DNA from: Octopus vulgaris
Lineage: Eukaryota
DNA: 64,000 bases
Assembly (NCBI GenBank): GCA_951406725.2
Contig: OX597815.1
Span: 54,808,001-54,872,000, forward strand
Direction of reading: 5' to 3'
Below, piece by piece: positions 52,715 to 64,000 of the stretch; positions within the stretch are counted from its first letter, which is position 1; every line of letters begins with the position of its first letter. Under the pieces are notes generated by a model that was not told the DNA's origin, did no database searches, and was given only the letters and a program-made list of their open reading frames with translations. The translations under genes and the position numbers were made by a program.

Positions 52715-54656
52715 TAGCAGATATACCCGGCGTTGCTCGGGTTCAAGAGCATAATGAAATTTAAAAACGCCGTCTAGATTACGCAGGTCTCAACTGCTAG
52801 TAGCTGAGATACCAACTTTCTACATTAATAACTCTCCAGCCCATGCCACCATGGAACATAGACGTTAAGTGAAAAGTTAAAAGAAAGTTTTCAACTTATA
52901 TACATATATAAAGTAAATACATGTAATTCAAAAACACGTTTTGTCTAGCTTATTTCGTAACCATAAACAGGTACAGATTATAAACAATGATAGACTGATT
53001 TTGGTGATTCATTTGACAGAGGTAGTAGAGACCCAATCCGATGATAAATCTGACCTCGGATCTTGAAAGTTTGCATGAATCCTAGCTCAGTTAAATCTCT
53101 TGTAGCTCTAAATGATGTTATCTGTAGTGCAGCGTTGTATTGTCTAATTTTATTTTGAAACTGCTTGGAATCTTGATCAGTTGATGACAACAGTTTTTCC
53201 AATGACTTTGGAGGATAGGGGATTGCAGGGAGTTTAACCTTTGCACCACTGCAACACAGTGTAAGTGTCTCTCCAGACCACATCCTTGCTTTAAAATATA
53301 TGCACTCAGTTGTCATAGCACCAACGGAAAATCTAGTGTCATCTGCATAATGAACTACTGGATCATAATTGAAAGCTGCTTCATAGAAGTTGCTTCTCTG
53401 AGCTGTTGCAACTTCTCATCGTTCTGCATTGCAGATCCTATTCCTTGTCAGCCGTGCATACCCCTTTAGCTTTTGTAGTGCACAGTCTCTTTTACTCTTT
53501 TACTCTTTTACTTGTTTCAGTCATTTGACTGCGGCCATGCTGGAGAACCGCCTTTAGTCGAGCAAATCGACCCCGGGACTTATTCTTTGTAAGCCCAGTA
53601 CTTATTCTATCGGTCTCTTTTGCTGAACCGCTAAGTGACGGGGACGTAAACACACGAGCATCGGTTGTCAAGCAATGATAGGGGAACAAACACAGACACA
53701 CAAACACATACACACACACACACATATATATATATACATATATACGACAGGCTTCTTTCAGTTTCCGTCTACCAAATCCACTCACAAGGCATTGGTCGGC
53801 CCGGGGCTATAGCAGAAGACACTTGCCCAAGATGCCACGCAGTGGGACTGAACCCGGAACCATGTGGTTGGTTAGCAAGCTACTTTCCACACAGCCACTC
53901 CTATTTGCTTCTTGGTATGCTTCCCTTTCTGCAGCTGTCTCTCTTTCCCAGGGCAGAGACATTCTTTTGGCTGACCTAGACATTGTAAACAAATTTAACA
54001 CTTTCCTTCTAGACAAGGTTATATACGTATACAGAAATACACGAGTGCAGAAGATAGTAAACAATGAAAGTAACTGGATAACGGGAATTATATTTCTTAA
54101 TACGACGGGCAGAAAGTAAATAAGAAATTTTTATGGAAAATAAAGAATTGTTCGGTTTGAAGCGAAATTTGTCATTGAACCAAAGAGCCAGTATCGAAGG
54201 AACTAGAAAAAAGCTATTAACAACAAAAAAAAAACACAAAACCGTTGCAAAAGTAAATAGGAAATGTTTAGGGAAATTAACCAAGTGTACGGATTTAAGT
54301 GAATTTTTTTAAGTTACTACTGTCAGTAAAGTGTGAACTTACTTTTATCAGTAATTCCGTCAACAACAAAAAAAAAACACAAAACGTTGCAAAAGTAAAT
54401 AAGAAATTTGTTGGCAAATTTAACGAAATGTACGGATTGAAGTGAAATTTATGAAGTTACTTCTGTCAGCAAATTATGTATGAAATATCTTTCATCAGTA
54501 ATTGTGAACTTCTTTCTGTTAGTAATTTGTAGCTGTTGTTTGTAAATAGCGATTAAAAACTTACAGTTAAAAACAGTAACGATTGAACTTAAAATGAAAA
54601 CAATAGTGAGTGAGATATAAAGAGAGGGGAGAGAACTAGCTAGTTAGATAAATAAA

Positions 54657-54746
<90 letters not shown>

Positions 54747-55150
54747 GGATTGATTGATAGATAGATAGAGATAGATAGAGATGGATAGAGAGATATAGAT
54801 AGATATAGACGTCACTGACGCTAGAAAACTGGAAGTAAATATTTTTTTAAACTTTCAAAGACATGAATCTAATTTAAAAAGCAATATCTTTTATGACTAA
54901 TGGGTGTAAGGGAGACAATAAATTTCTGAAAGTCATTTCGCAAAGAGTTATCTCCCTTATCCACATAACCGAGGAACGGGTGTTTTTCGACCCCTGGGGG
55001 CCCGTAACCCATTATGTGACAAATTTTAAGAGTCTAAAACCACCCCTGGAACGTAAGTAATGTATGTTCTCAGTTTGGAGAAAATCAGTTGAAGAATATG
55101 GCCGTTATAAACTATTACTCACACACACAGAACGGGTTTTATATTATATA
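52714..55150 (-). mobile_element. Helitron derivative with Rep N-terminal fragment
   Basis: 3' end CCCGAGCAACGCCGGG...CTAG at 52715-52742 (minus). ORF 52978-53316 CCSGAKVKLP...IRQYNAALQITSF...FKIRGQIYHRIGSLLP. The 5' limit is uncertain; a SINE is inserted at 53490-53902. Confidence 0.75.
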
Positions 55151-55518
55151 TCGTGACACTCCTTCGGTTACGACGACGAGGGTTCCAGGTGATCCGATCA
55201 ACGGAGCAGCCTGCTCGTGAAATTAACGGGCAAGTGGCAGAGCACTCCACAGACACGTCTACTCTTAACGTAGTTCTCGGGGAGATTCAGCGTGATACAG
55301 AGTGTGACAAGGCTGACCCTTTGAAATACAGGTGAAACAAACAGGAAGAAAGAGTGAGGAAAAGTTGTGGTGAAAGAGTTCGCCGCCATCCTTGGCCGGA
55401 GCTTCGTGGAGTTAGGTATTTTCGCATAATAAACACTCACAACACGCGATCTGTGAACCGAAACTGCGAACCTACGACCGCGAGTCCGCTGCCCTAACCA
55501 CTGTTCCATTACACTCCC

Positions 55519-55605
<87 letters not shown>

Positions 55606-55611
<6 letters not shown>

Positions 55612-56332
55612 GAATTTCTAAATCTCTCGTAGAGACCTGTACGGTGGTGGGGCGATAGAATGGTTGTATACTGTCAATCTAACAAGAACGTCACAGTAGG
55701 GGGTACACCACCGTTGTATAGCCCTAGGAGGCATCGAACGCCTCCTGACAGCTTCGACTCATTTTTCCCTGTGTCCTTATATACATATACGACGGGGAGA
55801 CAAACACCCCCAACCGCCAGAACTGCATCTAGGGACACCGTGTTTCAGGATCATTGTCCTTCATCGGCCTAGAGTAGCAGACACCGGTCGGCTGGTGATA
55901 TTTGTCTGGACTTCTTATCTGTATATATGTAAACTCAATGAAATCTATTCACTGATTATCAAAATAAGAAATATTGAATTTCTAAATCTCTCGTAGAGAC
56001 CTGTACGGTGGCGGGGCGATAGAATGGTTGTATACTGTCAATCTAACAAGAACGTGACAGTAGGGGGTACACCACCGTTGTATAGCCCTAGGAGGCATCG
56101 AACGCCTCCTGACAGCTTCGACACATTTTTTTCCCTGTGTCCTTATATACATATACGAAGGGGAGATGCAGTTCTGGCGGTTGGGGGTGTTTGTCTCCCC
56201 TTCGTATATGTATATAAGGACACAGGGAAAAAATGTGTCGAAGCTGTCATGAGGCGTTCGATGCCTCCTAGGGCTATACAACGGTGGTGTACCCCCTACT
56301 GTCACGTTCTTGTTAGATTGACAGTATACAAC

Positions 56333-56340
<8 letters not shown>
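55606..56340. mobile_element. Retrozyme-like element family A: 364-bp unit, ~1.5 tandem antisense copies plus inverted segment
   Basis: Unit restarts at 55970; 56164-56340 is inverted; (TA)n on both sides. Confidence 0.88.
55828..55873 (-). ncRNA. Type I hammerhead ribozyme motif (family A)
   Basis: TCTAGG-CCGATGA-AGGA-CAATGA-TCCT-GAAA-CACGGTG-TC-CCTAGA. Confidence 0.8.
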
Positions 56341-56373
<33 letters not shown>

Positions 56374-56533
56374 CGTATATTTGCCATCTCAATATGGCTA
56401 CCCCTAAGGGTGGATGCTACTGTAGTTTTTAGCCCCAGGAGGACACACTCCTCCAGCTGGCCATAGATACACTTTCTGTGTCCTGTCAGTATTTGCAAAG
56501 GGAAGTCATCCTTCCCGTCTTCAACTTATGATA

Positions 56534-56578
56534 CACACGGACTCGAGTTTCGAGGTATTCACCTCTCGTCAGCGTGTG
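56534..56578 (-). ncRNA. Type I hammerhead ribozyme (further minus copies at 56886-56930, 57237-57281, 57588-57632)
   Basis: CACACG-CTGACGA-GAGGT-GAAT-ACCTC-GAAA-CTCGAG-TC-CGTGTG: full consensus core and three helices. Confidence 0.92.
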
Positions 56579-57954
56579 ACAATCATAGTTGTCTGCGAGA
56601 ATTAGATTTCCTTCACAAATACTTATACTTTTTCCAGCGTCCACTGTCGCTGATATTGAAAAAGTGAAATCAAACAATGATAAATATCAAAGTGAGTTAT
56701 ATACAGTAGCGGTAACACATCGTGACGTATATTTGCCATCTCAATATGGCTACCCCTAAGGGTGGATGCTACTGTAGTTTTTAGCCCCAGGAGGACACAC
56801 TCCTCCAGCTGGCCATAGACACACTTTCTGTGTCCTGTCAGTATTTGCAAAGGGAAGTCATCCTTCCCGTCTTCAACTTATGATACACACGGACTCGAGT
56901 TTCGAGGTATTGACCTCTCGTCAGCGTGTGACAATCATAGTTGTCTGCGAGAATTAGATTTCCTTCACAAATACTTATACTTTTTCCAGCGTCCACTGTC
57001 GCTGATATTGAAAAAGTGAAATCAAACAATGATAAATATCAAAGTGAGTTATATACAGTAGCAGTAACACATCGTGACGTATATTTGCCATCTCAATATG
57101 GCTACCCTAAGGGTGGATGCTACTGTAGTTTTTAGCCCCAGGAGGACACACTCCTCCAGCTGGCCATAGACACACTTTCTGTGTCCTGTCAGTATTTGCA
57201 AAGGGAAGTCATCCTTCCCGTCTTCAACTTATGATACACACGGACTCGAGTTTCGAGGTATTCACCTCTCGTCAGCGTGTGACAATCATAGTTGTCTGCG
57301 AGAATTAGATTTCCTTCACAAATACTTATACTTTTTCCAGCGTCCACTGTCGCTGATATTGAAAAAGTGAAATCAAACAATGATAGATATCAAAGTGAGT
57401 TATATACAGTAGCGGTAACACATCGTGACGTATATTTGCCATCTCAATATGGCTACCCTTAAGGGTGGATGCTACTGTAGTTTTTAGCCCCAGGAGGACA
57501 CACTCCTCCAGCTGGCCATAGACACACTTTCTGTGTCCTGTCAGTATTTGCAAAGGAAGTCATCCTTCCCGTCTTCAACTTATGATACACACGGACTCGA
57601 GTTTCGAGGTATTCACCTCTCGTCAGCGTGTGACAATCATAGTTGTCTGCGAGAATTAGATTTCCTTCACAAATACTTATACTTTTTCCAGCGTCCACTG
57701 TCGCTGATATTGAAATGTGGCCAGCTGGAGGAGTGTGTCCTCCTGGGGCTAAAAACTACAGTAGCATCCACCCTAAGGGTTAGCCATATTGAGATGGCAA
57801 ATATACGTCACGATGTGTGACCGCTACTGTATATAACTCACTTTGATATTTATCATTGTTTGATTTCACTTTTTCAATATCAGCGACAGTGGACGCTGGA
57901 AAAAGTATAAGTATTTGTGAAGGAAATCTAATTCTCGCAGACAACTATGATTGT

Positions 57955-57999
57955 CACACGCTGACGAGAGGTCAATACCTCGAAACTCGAGTCCGTGTG
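57955..57999 (+). ncRNA. Type I hammerhead ribozyme (second plus copy at 58307-58351)
   Basis: CACACG-CTGACGA-GAGGT-CAAT-ACCTC-GAAA-CTCGAG-TC-CGTGTG; predicted cleavage after C57993. Confidence 0.92.
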
Positions 58000-58654
58000 T
58001 ATCATAAGTTGAAGACGGGAAGGATGACTTCCCTTTGCAAATACTGACAGGACACAGAAAGTGTGTCTATGGCCAGCTGGAGGAGTGTGTCCTCCTGGGG
58101 CTAAAAACTACAGTAGCATCCACCCTTAGGGGTAGCCATATTGAGATGGCAAATATACGTCACGATGTGTTACCGCTACTGTATATAACTCACTTTGATA
58201 TTTATCATTGTTTGATTTCACTTTTTCAATATCAGCGACAGTGGACGCTGGAAAAAGTATAAGTATTTGTGAAGGAAATCTAATTCTCGCAGACAACTAT
58301 GATTGTCACACGCTGACGAGAGGTGAATACCTCGAAACTCGAGTCCGTGTGTATCATAAGTTGAAGACGGGAAGGATGACTTCCCTTTGCAAATACTGAC
58401 AGGACACAGAAAGTGTGTCTATGGCCAGCTGGAGGAGTGTGTCCTCCTGGGGCTAAAAACTACAGTAGCATCCACCCTTAGGGGTAGCCATATTGAGATG
58501 GCAAATATACGTCACGATGTGTTACCGCTACTGTATATAACTCACTTTGATATTTATCATTATATATATATATATATATATATACATACATACATACATA
58601 CATACATACATACATACATACATACATACATACATACATACATACGCACATACA

Positions 58655-59300
58655 CACTGGATGAGTGAAAAGTAAGTAGGCATTGGTAATGAAATCCATA
58701 TTCCTTTTACAAATTTATTGAAAGAAATGATATATGTTGTTTATTACATGGGGAAATGAAAGTAAATCTTCATATTTCAATGTAAGCACCGGTAGCGTCA
58801 ACCAGTTTCCTCAAACAGCCAGGGATGGAATGAACAACTTTCTGAAGGACGTCGTCTGGGATATCATTGAGAACCTCCTGAATCCATGTCTTCAAGTCCT
58901 CCAGTGTACACCTCTTTTGTGTAACCCCACAGATAAAAATCACATGGAGTGAGATCTGGACTTCTGCGGTCACACTCATCAGGCTTTAGCTCCTACACGT
59001 AATGGGGTTTCCACAGGCGAAATTTCAATTCTTTATGCAACACCGTACGTATTGTGTGTTTTGTTAGTCTGCTTCCATGGGCTGCTTGGTGTGTTGATTT
59101 TTGCGGTCTGGTTAGAGAGCCACTTCTTGCATCGTTCGCGGAGTCCGTGGTCATCAGCTTTGCATGACAACTTCATATTGTCTCGGGATGTAGTGTCGCA
59201 TGCCGACCTTTCCATGCACGCCACCATCTCTGAACCAAAACAATGGGATTTCACACTTCATAGCATGCTGCTATCTTAGCTCGCTCCTAAACAGAGAAGC
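58655..59300 (-). mobile_element. Tc1/mariner superfamily (DD37D/DD41D-like) deleted element
   Basis: Minus strand RSPDLTPCDFYLWG and TLEDLKTWIQEVLNDIPDDVLQKV. Confidence 0.7.
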
Positions 59301-59444
59301 GACCGGCCATCTGGAAAATAAGAAATAAGACAATAAGAAAATAAGAAATCCCCATTAGTGACATCTATTTAAAAGATGTTTTCCTCGTGACTTCAGTGAT
59401 ACTAAAAATTCTATAAGCAATTTCTAATACCTTGTTACTTTCCA

Positions 59445-59515
<71 letters not shown>

Positions 59516-59597
59516 GGCTTCGAATGTCCCGTCCGTGTTTTTTGTATCGTCTTCGAAATGTTTCACGTTCTTGTCCCAGTTTGTATTTTTTTACATT

Positions 59598-59637
<40 letters not shown>

Positions 59638-59638
<1 letters not shown>

Positions 59639-59887
59639 CAATAGTAAATCTCTGAACGAGATATAAACAGTAACCGCTCGACAACGTAAGGTGTACTAGC
59701 CATCTGAATGTGGCTAGCCATCTGAATGTGGCTAGCCACTGGGGGTGGGGTGTTACTGATGCTTTTAGCCCCAGGCGATCAACGTCACCAGATGGACTTT
59801 AGACACTATCTCGGTGTCCTTGTGTTATTTGCAAAGGGAGGTCATCCTCCCTCGAAAACCTAAGTACTACATACGGACTATAGTTTC

Positions 59888-59892
<5 letters not shown>
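59638..59892 (-). mobile_element. Truncated retrozyme-like element (same subfamily as 43884-44390)
   Basis: Clear homology to the 43884 element; cut inside the ribozyme, retaining GAAA-CTATAG-TC-CGTATG; (TA)n flanks. Confidence 0.8.
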
Positions 59893-59925
<33 letters not shown>

Positions 59926-60358
59926 ATATAGATGTGTATATGTATACTAGTCATCCTTTACACTATCCTCAAAGCCTTTATTCCCCATATTGCTGCCTCT
60001 GTTTTAACTACCTTCATTACATGGAAGTCAATTTAGATCCTTAGCAGAATATTTTAACCTGGAACAGTAATAATCGAAGCGGTCACAATAGATTCAGTTC
60101 ATTTCTGATACTTAATAAATTCTCTCTATCTCTGTATCTATCTATCTTTCTCTTTCCTTTTTCTTTTACTCTCTCTCTCTATCTCTATCTCACTATCCTT
60201 TTCTCTCTCTTTCACTTTCTCTTTCTCGTTTCTCTTGCACATACACAAACCAACACACACACACACAAACACACACACACAAAATCCAAGGGAAATAATT
60301 CTGTCTGGAATTTAACGCAATATCAATCTTAGAAATACACAAAATATATCTTTATGTA

Positions 60359-60520
60359 TATTATTTACATTTGATGGATATCTGTCCTCATCTTGTTTGT
60401 TGTTAACACAACTTTTCGGCTGGTATACCCTCCAGCCTTAATCAGGTGTCTTGGGGAAATTTCGAACCTGGGTTTTCATTCCTAAGGTATTTTTCGATGT
60501 TCTTCTTCTTCTTCTTCTTC

Positions 60521-60567
<47 letters not shown>

Positions 60568-61280
60568 GAGTGAGAGAGCAGTGTATGCACTCAAAGTGAC
60601 ACTGGGGTAAAATATACGAAGCCCAGTATACCCATCATGACTACCCGTCTGATAAGGGTACACCAGGCACATGCATCACAACCATATGTGCGCGACATGG
60701 TGATCTCATATCAAGATAAACAGCACATGACCTTGCAGGTGGAGCCCAATTAGAATTTTCTTCTGGTCGAGAAACCCATCCCGCTTAAAAGGTCCCTGAA
60801 TAAGGATTGATTAAGGATGTTGAACAAACCACCCATGTTTCCAAAGGTGAATTATCCAAACCTCCAAGAATCCCTCTCAACACACGGCTATGATGCTCCC
60901 CCACTACTTCTGCTCGTGATCAGAGATGCACATATCGTCAGCCACTAAGGGACATGCTCAACTGGTTATGGTCAAGAAACTGACAAGCAAATCTGTGGTA
61001 TTGAGCAGAATATTTGCTGTAGCCCATCTTTTATACCAAGACAAAACAATGTACATGATAACACTTCCAATCAGTTAAGATCAGAAGCCATGAGAGCCAC
61101 TGCCTGGTACTGCATCATTATTATTATTATTATTATTGTTATTTTTGTTGTTGTTGTTGTTCAGGTTACTGCCTGGAATCGAACTCGGAATCTTGGAGTT
61201 AGTAGCCCGCGCTCTTAACGCCGTATGCCCGTCAAATGTAAATAATGTACATAATTCCTGATCTCTTAAATATAGAACTA
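60359..61280 (-). mobile_element. tRNA-headed SINE with hammerhead-containing tail, interrupted by a (TAA)n-type repeat (60568-61096)
   Basis: Head GTTAAGAGCGCGGGCTACTAAC...GAGTTCGATTCC at 61160-61230 (minus). Tail motif ACAC-CTGATTA-A-GGCTGG..CCAGCC-GAAA-AG-TT-GTGT at 60406-60449. Inverted tail copy from 61229. Confidence 0.65.
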
Positions 61281-61720
61281 TATCTTTATGTGTTGCTGAA
61301 AATACTATATATAGGCTCAGATTCAGAAACTAGATAAAGAGAATAAAATTAACTATTTTCATACGTCAACTTTATGTGTGCCCTAGTGTGTTTGTTTAGT
61401 TTTTAACTAATTTTGGCCTAATTCTTAAAATTTAGATCAAATTAGCATTGCGAAGCTATTTTATTCTCTATTATTTATTGAATTTCGATCTTGTCTCCAT
61501 AATATTAGAAAGTTCAAAGCCATAGCTTTTTGTTTTTATATAGCTTTGTTTTAAAATATATCTCACGTATGCTCTGGGATGCATTATTAGTAATGTTTCT
61601 GGGATCACATGGGAGTTTAGGTCTCACAACGTCAGACCTCTTATCCAGTTGACCGAGCCAGGGTCATGATGTGAGTTTCAAGTCAAAACTCACATCATAG
61701 AAGTAGCAAACAACAGGTCT

Positions 61721-62400
61721 GGAATCTCTTCCTTTTGAACGGCACATGTCAACACAATTTCTAGTTAACTAACACTTTAAAACTTCGTATACTGGTAGAA
61801 TGTGTCAAAATAAAACATTTTTTTCTCTTGGCTTTCTTGAGAAAATTGTAATTCGTTTGTTTAACGTTGTTTAATTTTTCGAATTTTAACCAATCAATTA
61901 CCTCTAATTGAGCTAAAATCATTTGCTGCGTCTAAAACTGAGACAACATCCTGTCACTAACACTAACCCTAACCCTAAATTTTAGCCTTTCATTTTTTTT
62001 TCTTAATTGTTAAATTAATTTAAGGATAACAATTAAGAAAAAAAAAACGAAAGGCTAAAACGAAAGCAATGGAAAATAATTTAAACAATTAACAAACAAA
62101 ATAATTCTATAATTTTATACACACGCTTTCCGTACGTATACATAACGAAAGGCTAAAACGAAAACAAAAACTCAAAACAAAAACAAAACGAATAATTTTA
62201 GACACACGCGTAACAATTAAGAAAAAAAAGACGAAAGGCTAAAATTTAGGGTTAGGGTTAGTGACAAATTACAATTTTCCCAAGAAAGCCAAGAGAAAAA
62301 AATGTTTTATTTTGACACATTCTACCAGTATACGAAGTTTTAAAGTGTTTAGTTAACTAGAAATTGTGTTGACATGTGCCGTTCAAAAGGAAAAGATCCC
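61721..62400. mobile_element. Foldback MITE with ~130-bp TIRs, 6-bp TSD and internal telomere-like repeats
   Basis: GG...CC termini; TSD AGGTCT (61715-61720, 62401-62406); internal CTAACCCTAACCCTAA / TTAGGGTTAGGGTTAG. Confidence 0.85.
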
Positions 62401-62602
62401 AGGTCTGTTCTATTTATCCAAAGCCATCTAGTGACCTTCTAGCTAGCTTCAATGATAGAATTTATAACCCCCCTAATTGCTGCACCAGTAGCTCCAAGCC
62501 CACGAAAAAAATCATGGATAATAAGAATAATATAAAGAATATTCAATTGAAACGCTTAATTAAAACAAAACTTTTCAAAATTTATCCGATTTATGTTTTG
62601 GG

Positions 62603-63343
62603 TTTTTTTTTTTTTTTTTTGAGGGGTGCTTTTTTATAAATGATACGAGTTTTCTACACACACCTGTAGCGTGTCTGTATTAGATTTAGTTCAAACATGC
62701 ATTTTTGAACTTCATGTTAGGCTCAGGTGATACTGTCAGTTTACAGCTTTACTCAGTCTGTGATTGGCTGAAATAACTTACTCCCTCGGACAGGCGTTTT
62801 CTGCTACGTCCGAGTGTCTCTTACATAATGTGCTTGCTGCCATGATTCAATCGAGTTCCTTGACTTCCTCCGTCTTGTTGATTGCTGTTAAACTGCTGTC
62901 TTTGTGTGGAAAACGTGTGTTTTGTTCAAGGGGCAAAGCGATAAAAGTGAATATAACAGAAGTTAGGGGATTGCCCGAGTACATTCATTGTGCGGTGGCA
63001 GACCCAGAGTATTTTTCGAGAGTAAAGGATTATGAAGAGGACTTCGAGTGGTGTGTCAAGAAAATAGACACCAGCACAATACCAGAACGGGTAATCTATC
63101 TTGAACTTATAAAGAAATTTAACAGATTTTCTTCGAAAAGATGAAAGTTAGCTGTTGCAAATAGTGTTTTGAACTGTTACAAGTAGTGTTTTAAAAAGAA
63201 GTTGTATTAGCAGGTTTAATGAAATTGCTCGGAGGTGGGGGCCGAACGCTTTCATTTCATTTATCATTTTATCTAATTCATCCTTTCCATCCGTTCTTTG
63301 TTTCTGTCTCCTCTGTGTCAGGCCCTGTGTGGCTTATAAAAAA
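62603..63343 (+). mobile_element. ORF1-only family, copy 3 (short, retains the C-terminal domain)
   Basis: ORF 62764-63144 ends IPERVIYLELIKKF, matching IPVKVGYEELKEKF of copy 2. Same G-rich hairpin and 3' tail; no TSD seen. Confidence 0.6.
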
Positions 63344-64000
63344 TGAGAGTTCATTGATTTCTTCGCTTCACTTCCAAAGGACTCTCGGCATACTGTTTTG
63401 CTCTTTCGCGGTTTACGCTAGCCTCTCTCACACAAGAACATTCTTCTTCAACGGATGCTGGCAGAATAAACCAAATTCAATGTCGTTATCTTCATGCTAT
63501 CTAGAAACACTTCTATCTAGTTTCTTCTACATATACAAAGTACAGCTAATGTTTTCATGCATTCATTCATTTACTGTTAACATACCAGAGACATCTCTAT
63601 AAAACACTACAAATCTCTACACAAACACAACTTCTTTGCAGGAAATTTTTTGTAAGACATTAACATTGTACGTAACGCCCTGCTTTGAATAAACTTTGCT
63701 ATTGAACAAGTTGAGTTTGTCCGTCTGTCTTTGTATACCAATTACTATTGAACGAACGTACAAACACAGTATCAACAAACTGCCACCGCCGACGTCGTCA
63801 CTTCACTGAGACTGAACATTGGGCTATAGCTACACATTAGCTACGAAGATAGTGAACTCTCTATACTGGTGGCCCCTTCACTAGACTGGTGATGTCATCA
63901 CTAAACACCTAACTAAATGAAAACAGAATATGAAATAGTGTAATCATCTCAAATGATTAATAAAGCAATGGATTAGCGAATTTAACATTGATTTCAAACA

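Larger units (their letters stand above)
56370..58561. repeat. 352-bp hammerhead-bearing tandem array (retrozyme family B): ~3.8 antisense + ~2.4 sense units, head-to-head
   Basis: Near-identical units of 351-352 bp, inversion junction at ~57715, (TA)n flanks. Confidence 0.95.

Noticed and set aside
56370-58561. CRISPR array or repeated small protein genes (63-97 aa ORFs)
   Set aside because: No unique spacers; units are whole 352-bp repeats. The ORFs mostly lack ATG starts and are broken by indels between units.
59506-59560. CTGAAGG…CGAAATGTT possible hammerhead
   Set aside because: Core mismatched and stems unconvincing.
63651-63880. Possible LTR (TGTAA…AATAAA) followed by PBS-like TGGTGGCCCC
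   Set aside because: No second LTR, no CA end and no gag in the window; insufficient support.

Overview
AT-rich, microsatellite-laden animal DNA. The SINE and repeat landscape suggests an octopus/cephalopod genome (inference). One host gene is supported: a calcyphosin-like EF-hand gene on + with two phase-compatible coding exons (9730-10093, 45040-45278; 200 aa) separated by a 34.9-kb repeat-filled intron. The rest is mobile DNA: mariner/Tc1 copies, Helitrons, RTE and R4/Dong LINE remnants, Penelope-like (PLE) remnants and tRNA-derived SINEs. Two systems stand out. (1) Several families of non-coding elements carry type I hammerhead ribozyme motifs with palindromic stem III (retrozyme-like). 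The clearest is a 352-bp array at 56370-58561 with six intact ribozymes. These elements mostly sit in (TA)n as tandem plus inverted copies with one consistent divergent polarity. (2) A family of RT-less, ORF1/Gag-like retroposons is present in three copies, one with an intact 450-aa CCHC ORF. They share a G-rich 3'UTR hairpin and a 3' tail with a self-nesting SINE. One copy sits immediately 5' of the catalytic core of a retrozyme. All calls are by eye; no folding or database searches were run.
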